From NCBI GenBank assembly GCA_002633005.1, contig NMRA01000029.1, positions 760,956 through 824,955 of the forward strand: DNA of 64,000 nucleotides. Direction: 5' to 3'. Positions within the stretch are counted from its first letter, which is position 1; the number at the start of each line of letters is the position of its first letter. The position numbers and the translations under genes are program-made. This DNA comes from Phoronis australis. Lineage: Eukaryota; Animalia; Phoronida. Below, piece after piece: positions 39,801-52,100 of the stretch. Below the pieces are notes generated by a model. The model searched no databases. It saw only the letters and a program-made list of their open reading frames with translations, and was not told where the DNA came from.

Positions 39801-41662
39801 AAACTCTTTGACGAGTGTTCTTGTACGCATTTTTCTTGGTGAACAAAAATTTGGATCTACAGTTGATTCTTGAAAATGTCTACATTAGTAACTAAAAATA
39901 CCAAGAAAAATGAGGTGACTGAAATTTTATACTTAAATTGGGCTCTGTGTTTCCAGGGCAAGAACATTCCTCTTTCGCTGCAGGAGGATGGTTACCATGA
40001 CAATGATGCCATCCAATCAATAGCGGGCAGTACTATGCAGCATGTGGTGATATCATCTGATGAGCAGACAACACCAGAGTTACACCTCCATATAAAAGAT
40101 GGTGAGTCACACCGTTGAATGACTATGGAAAAGGTTTCGTTCCCAATCTGAAAAGTCCATATTGCAAAAAGTTCCTGATGCAAAAAAAATTCTTAATGTA
40201 GGACCTTGATTCAAATCTAGTCCATCAGTTTTAAACAATTCTGAATTTTCCAACCGTGACTGTAAATATCCCACTAATCTTTTGTTGACTTCCTGTTTAG
40301 GTCAAGTGGGTGATCCAGTGGGTGAGATGATGGCCACCAGTAATGGTTCAATAGGAGAGATCATTGCTACTTCGCAAGAGTCATACCAGGTGGGGTAACT
40401 ATGCCATACAGTGCATTACCTGATTTGTAATGTAGAAAACTGAGAATGATTGGTGATAACATTGTATTTGCATATTACAATGTCTAAGGTTTTATTGGTA
40501 AAAAAGTTGATCATTTATGATGGAGGACACTACGGAAGTTCTATTTTGGTAGCTAAAAAGTCAACAAAGGGAATCTGGCCTTTCATATTTCATGTACATG
40601 ACTGGTCAGGGTATTGTGGTCTGTTTATGGATGCAAAATTACTTCTGATAAGTTGATTAATTCACCGTCCTGTTGCACTTTACAGTCAGTTGAGTCTGTG
40701 ATCACGACCACGTCATCACCATCTCCCGCCTCGATGACCGATGACCCGGGCAGTCTAGTCATCAACACTGCAGACGAGAGTGAGACTGATGAAACGAGCA
40801 AAACAGCCAATAGGGAGCTCATCATGTCCTCCTTGTCAGGTATACAAGAAATGAGTTGATGAACATGGTATACAGTATGGCTAATATTGTAATACATCAT
40901 TTTATCTTTACCAATAGATGGACATCTCATGATTACTTTGATTTTATTTTGGATGCTGTGTTACTCATTCTTCGTGAAAGTGAAACACACAGTTAATGAA
41001 TTGTATCTTAGTAAATGAGGACACATACATATGCGCAGGAGCCATCTCACTTCTGCTCACCAAATACGCTATACTTCTGTGAAGTTGAATTTACAGATTA
41101 GCCAACTTCAAGTTTAACAGGTGGTGCTAGTGTGACAATGGTCCTTCCTGCAGAAATGCCTGGGTTGAGGAAGTCATGTAGCACTTTTGGTCCACGGGCA
41201 CCACCATGTTGGTGAAGTGCTTTGTTTTTTCAGTGACTATTCCAAAGCATCACCAGCTTATTTTACCAGCTTCCATGCAAAAAGAAAGTTGATTTATCCT
41301 CCATTAAGTGCACTCACATGCGTGTGTGTGGGAGGTATGGGTCTATTATTTACTTGTGGATCTCTCATATTGACAAGGTGCCCGCAGACGGGTACTAAAA
41401 ATTGCGGATAGGCTCTACCTTTTTAGCAAGTTTTGTGGGACCTGCTCAGTTACCTTGGTTTATATTGCACCTAATAGTATCCGTTTGTGCAACAGTTTTC
41501 ATTGTAACTTCTTTGTGTAAGCTACCTCTGCTACTGTATGACATAATGACCTTCTCTGCCTTTTATACAGATCCGATGCTGGCTTCAGAACCTGACAACT
41601 CTGAATTGATGGAATCAACTTGTGAGGTGGAAGGAGAGAAACTGAAACATGACGACAGCTGA
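30840..41662 (+). CDS. DMTF1: Cyclin-D-binding Myb-like transcription factor 1 (~666 aa, 15 coding exons)
   Basis: Exons: 30840-31020, 31872-31988, 32768-32914, 33707-33783, 34760-34950, 35513-35622, 35896-36124, 36935-37003, 37471-37553, 38337-38477, 39105-39280, 39957(or 39984)-40101, 40301-40389, 40686-40839, 41571-41662; 2001 nt in frame. Core matches recalled vertebrate DMTF1: [115 protein letters not shown]. Acidic N- and C-terminal exons rest on splice phase only. Confidence 0.95.
33933..34657 (+). repeat. 151-bp exact direct duplication (33933-34083, 34507-34657) around an N join
   Basis: TTAAGTTCTGTACTG...TTTTCTAAA occurs twice; the first copy ends at N 34084. Confidence 0.92.
34085..34510 (-). 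mobile_element. piggyBac-like element, 5' end (truncated by assembly join)
   Basis: Minus strand begins TTAA-CCCTTATCC (TTAA target plus CCCT terminus); GAGTACACCC occurs twice; acidic frameshifted start MTVDQFLEEVFMDSDSEN../SDGDSDWE resembles piggyBac transposase N-termini. Confidence 0.7.
35030..35119. mobile_element. ~95-bp hairpin MITE, copy 3 of 4
   Basis: ATTTTGAGAACCAG..AAACTGGTTCTCAAAAT..CCCCTGTAAGTAACTATTA. Confidence 0.65.
38888..38946 (-). mobile_element. tRNA-derived SINE head (degenerate)
   Basis: Minus strand TCAGTGGTCGGA (A-box-like) ... CCTGGGTTCAATTCCCAC (B-box); no full cloverleaf seen. Confidence 0.5.
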
Positions 41663-44600
41663 GAAAATGGCAAATAACAGAAAACACCCAATTTCTGAGT
41701 ACTGAAAGTGCAAGTCGGTTGAGCTTGATTAGAAGACAGTAGGAAGCGGGGAGGAGGTTGGTCTATTGCAGCATCAAAGATGATTGGGGGGAAATTGCTT
41801 TTACCCCTCATTAACTTGAACCTTCCGACTATTGTTCGTGTAAATTGGGCGACTAACACCAGTAATTTTTTAACCAGTTGCAGTTGAGAAATTTACCCAT
41901 GTTGGGTGGACATAAATCAGCATTGGCTGTGTCAATACAAACCTCGTTTTTTATAACTTAAGAAATCCAGACCATAACTATTTTGGTTGTTAATGACCTG
42001 GTTGTATTTCATCAGGTTAAACATTTGTTGGTAGGACATGGAACCTGGGTGTTGGCGAATACCTTCACAAGCTATCAAGTGCGAATTTTGTAGTAGTGGT
42101 GATAACAGGATTGCTTTTAGGAATCAGAATTCTTTATCTTACAGAATTGCTCTACTTAGAAGACAAATAAATGCTCTATTGTTGACTGAACCAGTAATAT
42201 ATTTCACTAAGTGTTTGTTTTGAAATATACTGTCTATCTTTAGTAGTGAATTTAGCGCAGTGATGGCGTACGGTAACAAAAGTTTTATTAGTTTTGTGAG
42301 GTACATTGCAGCAAGATTATCAAGACTGGGTTGGGGAAGGGGTGGTCCTAATTTTATTATTTATTATAGTATTTATTGAGGTGAATGAATTTACTTGGCC
42401 ATTCACATTTGTTTTTTTGATGTTTACCCAGATTCCTATTTGAGTGCTTAGTTGAGGTTTACCGTTTCACGTGACCATCACGATTAGGCCGCAATGTACA
42501 GTTTCCCCTGGACTGTTCTTGGCTACTCTCTTTTGTATGTCACAAAGTTGTACTTAGCACTCACAATTTGACAGAGTCTAATTGGCATATTGTCAGACTC
42601 ATTGCTCGTGCCGCCATTAAACAATTGAATCGTGTGCAAAAGTTGTTTTTGTTGGTATGTTATGTTGGACACCTATAATTCATCGCAAAAGCTAACATTG
42701 TTCACGTGTTCACACATTTTTCCTCTTGCACTAAACACAGCCTTGTTACAACATACCCTGTTTAGAAAGCCAACTGTCATGATGTAACATTTCCCCGATT
42801 CGATTTTACCAAATGTATGCAAGTCTATACTAATTAAGTTAACCATACAAAATTTGAAGGTCCCGTGTAGCAAGGCTCGGCTGTACTATACATTAGTGCT
42901 TCAGAACTGTTCAGCAAAAAGGTGCAGAAATTAAAACCTCTTAGAATCTAAAGATCATAACGGTAGTCTTAAGAGAAATAATTTATTAATTTTGTTAAAC
43001 TTTTACATTAGTAAAAAAATCTGTAAATATTTCTTTGGTCTGAATTTGATGTTTTGGACAAGACCATCCTTCTTGAACACTTTAGTCAGTGGGTAAATCA
43101 AGAGAAATGAATCCACGAAACCAAGTTCATTATCAAAGATGTTCAGGCTTTCTATTTTTGTGAAACTTTAATGGTCATGGGAAGACAACTGTCAGGTTGA
43201 AATGACGACCGTGATGTGTACATTAGCATTCTTTATTATACACCAAAACATTTTGTTTTTACTTAACACGTTAAGTTTGTTAAAATTAAACGGAAAAGTT
43301 TCTGGAATGTACAACAAGAGTTCTTGAGACATTACCTGTAAATCTATCGCGTTAGAACAAAAAAACTCTGCTTGAACTTAAAAAAAGCAAATCTACACCA
43401 ACATGAACAGCATAGAATCATATCCACAATGCAAAAAAAAATCATGATTCATTTATGTATGATTTTTCATGAGATACTGTAAGTGCAATGCATGCTACTG
43501 TATAAGTAAATCATTGCAGTCAAAATTTGATGTACACAAACGAGACGAGACTACACAAAATGGTAACATATTTACAGAGAGCAAGATTATTGTTGTTTTA
43601 GTTCCTGGTAGAATGGCAAAGAGCTACAACAATTTGAAACAGAAGTGCACGCGAATGAGAAGTGTTGAGGTTACTAGATCAGGCGTGCGTTTCGTAGACA
43701 TAGTTGTGAAAAAAGCAAGACTTCGTGAAGTATCACCATGTTTGCAAGAAAAACGTGACCACACTAGCTGCCTTGGCGAGATTCTTTCATCTACAAAACT
43801 CAGTTGTGTCAATGAATTATAGCTCATAGGTTGTAGACAGTATCTGGTGAATCAAACGACTCCTTGAACAAAAGCAGAATGTTAAGCTGAACTGCACTGG
43901 CTATCAACTATAACAATGGTGCTTTTTTAAATTGAAATTCATGAAAATGAAGCTGACACAAGTGTCGTCACAATTTTGCAAACTGAGACCAGACAATTGG
44001 GCAATCTGTAGCGCAATATAATCGAGATAACTTTCAAGACTCCTATTATTTTGCAAAATGATCCATTTCAATTTGATCAAATACGTTCATCAAAAACAAT
44101 TTTACTACCCGGCAAGACTAACAAACTCCATGAATTAGTTGTACAACAGTGGCATTTCAGAAGACAGAAAACTCAAAAGCACAAAGGCTTCCTTCAAGGT
44201 GGGGCTTCAGCAAAATGAAAGGACCACATTTACTACGCTATGGGAGAATTACGTTACAGCGAAATTCCTTCAGTTTGGGACACCAGTCATTGCAGACAAG
44301 TAAGATACCAGTTCGTCAAATTTCTCAACACGAATAAGTTGATACTTGCTTTATTTTTAAGACGGTTTGTATGGCATAGTGACCGCTACACATTTGGGAA
44401 AATTTTGAGCTTTTGTAATGACATAGTGATCTTTTAAAAGTAGATAAAACGGGGGTTTCAGCAATTATCTTTGTTGAAAAATTGTAACCATACCTGACCA
44501 ATAGAAAAGTTAAAGAAGAAGACACCAGGAGACAGTCAAGCACCATCAATACATACTAACTTCTTGCAACAACTGCACCCTTCAATACATGTGCTTAGGA

Positions 44601-46106
44601 TTCATTCACTAAAACTGATTTATAACCATAGAGAGAGATCATACAATATCTCTCGATAGCTGGAAATGTTTCGGTAACACAACCTAATCAGAGCAGATTT
44701 AGCACAATGGCTACAACTAAAACCAGCCACATTAAAAAACTGACTGATGGGACATAATGCTATTATCCAGAATACTCGGTACGTTATTTCTGCCTTAGTG
44801 CAAGTACATCCCAAAGCAACTGACAAGCACTATTGGCCACATCATGGAATATTATTAAAAATAACCACCGCCCCATAAACAAAAAAACCTGTTTTCATTA
44901 CTTTCTGCCACCAAACTGATTCCTGTTACAAAATTTCATTGAATACCAAACTTAAACCAACAAATTACTAAGTATAATGAGAGCAACACTTAACTTAAAG
45001 TCATACTGTGTGTCCCCAATCAGAGCTTTCAAGTAATATGACTGTTACATCAGGACATGCTTGCGCTTGAATAGAAAACCAACTTTTAGTTTGCCAGAAG
45101 GAATAATTCAAGATCAGAAAGTGGAAGACATAACTCTGACTTCCAGATTTTTTAACAGATGTACTACATTAGGTCATCTTTAGGGCAGAACTTTTAGGTA
45201 TGTGTAACCATCAAAAGGTAGATTTTTTGTTTTACAAGTTGCATATTTTTAAGGTACAAACACACTCAACATAATAACATAGCACAAATGCGACAATGAC
45301 ACGTTAAACTAAGAGAACATTACACTTACCACATTAGACCTATAAATAAGAGTCTTATATTTAATAGCACTCTCACTGATTTCAATTTCTGTGCTTTTTT
45401 ACAATTCCATGATTCTTGGTTAAAACGATTAATAGATTTATAATTGCAGATTATAACTCTCGGTCAACCCCATACAACATGACTAGAAAAGTTCGAGCTG
45501 ATAGCACTGTTTTGATCCCATTTCAACAAAAATACCAGATAAAAGTGACAATAATTGACATTCACAGAAAATCGTTTTCTTTCAACAAGACACAAGACTT
45601 TCAAAAGAGGAGTTTCAGATGAATAGCACATACTTCTGTTTCAGTTCTTCGCATTTATGGAGCAAACCAGCCATCTTGGTCTGTACGGATACACAGCCAA
45701 TAAACATGGACATATCATCTGCTAATATACAATCCATTTTCCTATTCTGTTCACTACCAAGAAGGTAAAATGACCACCTCTATGATTTTAATCCAATTTA
45801 CAAAACTACAAACGATATTTCTTCATCTGATAACATGCAATGTGGCAGGGAAAAGAAAATTGATTTGGTCAAGGAAGACTAAAGTTTCAGTACATCACCA
45901 GCTTAATCTGTACTGCGAAGATAACATCATGCATTTGTCAACGTTTCTAGTATTTACATAGAGGTAATCAGCTTTTGAAAAATTGACAAGTTATAAATTT
46001 CACAATTAGAGAATTTTTGAGTGAAACAAGTAAAGGATTACTATGCATACAGACATTTGACAAAATATATAAAGATCACCACTGTTATAAGCACCATTTT
46101 GTCAGG

Positions 46107-49100
46107 CTAATTCACGTTGTGCATGTATAAGTTGGCGCACACACAGAGAAGTAGAATACAAAATGAATTGTAGTATATGAGTGTCCTAAACTTGGGCTCT
46201 AAGTCTCCCTGCCTGTACCAGTAAATCTGAAAAAGAAATCCAGAAACTGACACAAGACACACTAACAGAATGCTTGGACCTGTTTTGCCAAAGGACGAAA
46301 GCGCAGTACACCTGGACGCCCTGTCTCACCAAGATCACTCTCAGGATTTAGGAACTCGTCTTAAAGTGGCATAATTACGGTATAATTGTTGGATGGGATA
46401 CACTTCTTGACCTCTAAAACAATAAAATTATTTTTTTCCACAAGACATTAACTGAAATACAGGACACTTAAAAAAGGGGAAAAAATCTCTGCCACTTATC
46501 AAGTGGGATTTATCTCCTCCAGCACAGCGTAAAAACTGCGACCGCGAGGATTGCTGGTTCGATTTTGCGCTGCCATTCATCACAGTATATAATTGTTCTT
46601 TCCAATAATATCCCTTTTACTGTGATGAAACATGGATGCAATACAATAACCCAGGTTTTGCTAAAATTTACAATGCTTGGTCTGTCCCTTCTTGGTGTGA
46701 CAGGGCCTTTCATTAACGACGACTCCAACAGACTGTTCTTTATGAGAGCTGCTAAGACTAACGAAAATTCAACACGTCCACTTTAGACTTGTCTAATCAA
46801 CCATCTATGGAAACCATTCAATCAATGAACTGAATGCTAGCGAAAATAAAAACAAAAGATAAAGGTCGTCTTAGCTGTTACACTTATTGGAGATACAACG
46901 ACCTTTGACAAAATGGTTCCTCGCAGAACTATTTTTACTTGATGACATGAGAAGTATTGAGGTTCATGAGGCATACATCCATTATATCAACAGGTCAGGA
47001 AAATGAGGACTACTTTCAGTTAAACCTTGGGCAGATTAACAGGCACCATTTTCAATTTATTCGCTGTAACATAAGGCTTTTTCATACTGACTTAACTCCA
47101 GTCTCAGCGGAGCATCGACGTTAACTGCGAAGTTAACTAAACCGCTCATACTACCTTCAGTAGTTGAGGAACGTCGAAGTAAATGGCAGGTGACGCTGTT
47201 GTCATCGAAGTAATCGCAAGGTAGTGCTGCATGCTAAGATTTTTTTTAATGTGACATTTTGCCATGTGCTAATAGACATAGAAATTATTTTTAATTCGAT
47301 TGGTGATTATTCGAGCAAACTGTAAGCAACTGTTAGAGACTACACTACCCTTAAATTGTTGACGATAACAGTGGCAGCTGGCGGTAACTTCGATGGGACC
47401 GAAGTTGACCGATCATACTGCACCGCAGCGTCAACGCTGTGCAATTAAATCCACCTGTTAACTGCGATGTTAACTGGAGATGTTAACTTCGATCCAGGAC
47501 CAAAGTTAAGCATTCATACTGACCGCAACTCTCCAAACCATCAACGCGTCAACGTTAGTATGAAAGGCCCAATAAAAAGAATTGGTCTTGTCCTCCTAGA
47601 TCACAGAAGGACTACAGCGTCAGGAATTGTGCTTGTATGCTGTGCGGATGCATACTTTCAGAGACCTAGTCCCCCTAAATACTGACACTAACCCTGTTCA
47701 TTTTTGTAGCCTACGAGAAACATTACAGCATTAATATGGTATTCGTACATTATCTTAACTCCCATGTTTGGCTCAAGATATTTACAAATTTTCACTTTTA
47801 AATGACCTGATGCTTGGCCTAGTGCCTAACCCAATTTATATGATCCGGACTTCCTTGAAAGTGTAAGTGTCTCTGAAAACGCCCATCTCCCAAGAATTTG
47901 TGCACATAACATGCTTACTAGCACAGTGACACATGCATGGTATACATATTTGCAAAATCAATGAACCTACCAGTAAAAGATGGGAAACACAGAGCAACAC
48001 GATACAGCAGGCAAAGTACACATGAACCCCGTGTGGCGGCCAGGATGGAAATATGAAGGCACTAACAAGTGTAACCTGAAAACATATATAAAATTTAATT
48101 AATTTTCAAATCAAACATTGCCTGTAGGAAACTTCATCACGGCAAAATAAACCATAACATTTTATGATAAAGTTACACACATCGCAGGTGGAAGTTAAAA
48201 AACAACGTGATATAGACAACACCACAATGTTCGTGTGTCCTCATCACCAGAACATGCACAAGTTACAGGATTTTTTCAAAGACCAGAAATCACCTCCACT
48301 TTGCGTAGGAACAACTTGACAACAATTTCAGAACCATCGGTAAGTGGTTTTGTTGACACTGGTGGTCATAAAACAAAATTGGCAGGTAAGGAAATCCAGC
48401 AATATAATGTTAATGACATTGTTATGTTAAGTAATAATACATCCTCCTTTGTATAGCATTAGGTTTAGTATTAAAACCGAGTGCTTGTCAAGCACACGGT
48501 AGTTCTCCATTTTACTTATGGTATACCAAGCAAAGTAAGCAGTATGTACACATTTGTCTGAGAAAAATCTCAACACTGGGAATTGAATCCCTGTTTTGTC
48601 AGTTTCAACTAGTGTACCCGGGGCACTCAACAATGTGTTCCTTCCTATGACCTTAAAACTTTGAGGTTAAAAACATAACAATTGACCGTTGACCCTGAAA
48701 TGAACCAATTTCTTCTACATTTCAAATAAGTTGATCAGCGAAAAAGCATTCCTCAAAGCATTCTTGCTCAGAAAAATCAACAATCAAGGTGAGATGAATG
48801 TTTTGAAACAAGTGAGAATGGACGTTCATAATTCAACATTCACACTGTAGATGAAAGTTTTGAAAAAAGTGAGAATGGATGTTCATAATTCAAGAAAATT
48901 AAATTTAACAATATAATTTTTGTCAAAAATATAAGAAACATAAAAACATTACAAAAATTCACCTTATCTGCAAGTTTCAGATACCAAAATCAAAGAAAGA
49001 GCTCTTAATCCGAAAATTTTCACAAAATACTCTGATGATCATTATCATGCTTACTAAAACATTTTTATTACAAACATTTAAAAATAGCATGGAAATTACA

Positions 49101-52100
49101 TGAAATAGTCAAAGTGCAACGTATGTTTTTCTTGTCTTTCAAAAACAAAACTGACAGCATAGCAAATCAACTGACACTTACTTCAAACACAGATAAACAC
49201 CTAAAAATATGAATCAATGTTGCAAGAGTCTCAACACACAACTGAGCCAATAACAAGGGCAGTGCTGAGCGCTATGTGTGCCTACCGAGGCAGATGCAAG
49301 GGATGATCCGCACTAGAAACATTCAGACTAAAGAAAGCAATAATGGCAAACTTAAAATAGTCCCTAGTGGCACGTAGCAAAGCAAGTCAGCAATGCTTTC
49401 CTAATAGGAATGCAGTTTGTCACCTTCACCATGATTCTTCAAGCAGTTCGGAAGATAGACAGGTGGGCTTTAAAATTGGGCATATAAAAGGGCACAAGTG
49501 GGTTCAACACAGGTCAAGTCTATCCAAAACGGGCAGGTGCTGTCGACTGCGATTTTTTTCTTTTAGTTTGCCAAATTTAATGAACATCAATCAAAGGCAA
49601 ATGCAACTTTAGAAAACCACAATTGCGACTATGGGCCACCAAAGTAGGCGTATTTGAACCTAATTCCATGTAGGTTGTACTTTCCTCAATAGGAACACAT
49701 GCTAAATATCACAGTGAAAATCAAGGAATATGATAGATATTGAGTAACGGGCAAAAAACAAACTTGCTCCTTGGAGGTGGTACAGCTAGCAGACCCACCC
49801 AAGAATTCTCGACAACCTTGCTCTCCCCAGTCAGAACACTTATACTTATTTTTATAATGATCCTTACCAGATTTAAAAAAAAAAATAAAAATGACCACTG
49901 GGTAGCATGCAATACTATATACACAGTTCATGTCCAGTCTCTCTTCAACAGAAACCTACTTGTCGGAAAGTCGACATAGGTGGTTGTCATTCAAAGAAAT
50001 GTACATGTACGGTGTAAAATGGAGTTTAGAAGATAACAGCAACAGAAGCAACCGACTAAACTGCAACTTAAGGGCGCCACAGTATTCCAATTAAAGCCAT
50101 TTGGAAATTAACGTCAACACTATGTACTCTTCTTTATCTGATAATTTTCAGAGGTGGACACCAAAAATAAAACTGAAATTGTCACATTAAGGAGGCAGAG
50201 TAGTCAGATCCATCAAAAATTTGCTCAGGCTGTCACATCCATGATATAGCAGCATGTCTTCAAAATGTCATGGTAACATCCATCAAGGGGTTTTGGACAT
50301 ACAGCAGTAGACAAGATGGTCCAATGGGTATGGTGGCACAATGAGCCCACATACATTTAATTATGTGGACAAATAAACATGAAGTGCCTTAGGTCACACT
50401 TATCAGAAACATACTACATCATTGATCCATCACAGCATGGTGTACAACACATATGAAAGGGTGACAGAATAAATAAATCAAGAATCATTGTTTAACATTA
50501 TTCTCCATGAAGCCAACCTTTGACACAAGCCATACAATGAACACATTCTTCTTGTATAACAGGTACACACACAACAGAACATCTCAAGGTCACTAAACAC
50601 AGATGTGGGTACTACAGAGCATCCAGAGTACAAAGCCTCAAACACTCAGTTGAGTCTCATGGGACATTTTGGTTCAAGACACAATATGGCGAACGGATGA
50701 AACTTTATTTTCTTGTTTTTCCATAAAAGATATGTAACAACAAACTATGCTTCAGCGCTTTCAAGTTGGGCATCATCAACTATCAGAAAACGTGGACATT
50801 CACAACGTTGGAAGACCTCGAGAAAACGAAAATTATGAAAACTAGGCAATTACAGTTATCGGAATCTGGTGAAATGTTACAATAAGTAAATGAGTGCAAA
50901 ATCCTTATCACCTCGCAAATCAAATACAAATCTGAGCAAAATCAGACACACACTATTCCAACCAGAAGTTGTACATGAGTTTTAAGTCAAAGCTTGAAGT
51001 TGTGTTGTTGAAACACCTGTCTACACACTAAAATGGGTCGAAAATGACAGTCAATAGGGCCGTCCCGGATTGCACAGCAACAGAACTCTCCATTGCCCCA
51101 TAGATAAGAAAGTGCGTGACCTCGTTTTGGAAATCAGGCACATTTTCATGCCTCTCATTGATGTCGGGAAGGCGAAGAATTTGAGATCAGGCATCCATGG
51201 GTATTTGTCCAGTTTATCAAACTTTCTCACGTCGGAGTTGCAGTTCACAGCACAGCAGTAATACTTTGTTGGCATTAGAAGAACGAATAGAGTAATACAA
51301 TGGAGAAAAACTTGTAAAGAATCAGACAACAACAAAAAAACACGTGAAACTCAAGTGACATGAAAACGAGGCAGCAAATGTGCCCAATGGATGTTTAGGG
51401 CATTGTGGGTAAATACAGCGAGATCTGAGTGTCTCTGGTCCTATTACACAAAAAGTCTATGTTTACACAATGCTATAAGTGTACTTACAATTACAGCAAT
51501 GGAGGTGATTATTCCAAACACAAGGTTGATGACACGGTCCTGAAAACAGAGAAGAGTTGGGGACTAAATAACTATACAACTGTTCTTGATGCAGAGCAGA
51601 TTTGTAACAACACATGCCTTTAAGTAACATAAGAACAAAATACAGTTATGTTACACAAGGAAAAGCCAATATTTCCATGATATTCAAGATTAAAAATATC
51701 ACAAGGTCCATTTTTGAAACACTTAGCCTATATTGGCCAATCGACCAAAAGGACCTCAAATCTATTGGTAAATTCAGAAGACTCTTTTATACAACTCATT
51801 AATTGGGACACATGACCACGTCTTTTTGGTATAATGTTGGAAAAAGAAAGGTACTATCATTGCAAAACAAGCATACCGATGAATAACATGAAAATATATC
51901 CCAAAAACCTTCACATTCTGATTGCAATGACTCACTTGGTTTCAGAACAGACACAGTGACAAAATAACCCACAGAACAAGGGTGATAAGAAGTGCAATAC
52001 TCAAAGAAAACAATCAGTGCTTTGGCACCGTATCATGTAAATTATATGATGGAAAATACAGTTGTAAATTATACATCAGTTCAAAGACAATAGCATAATA

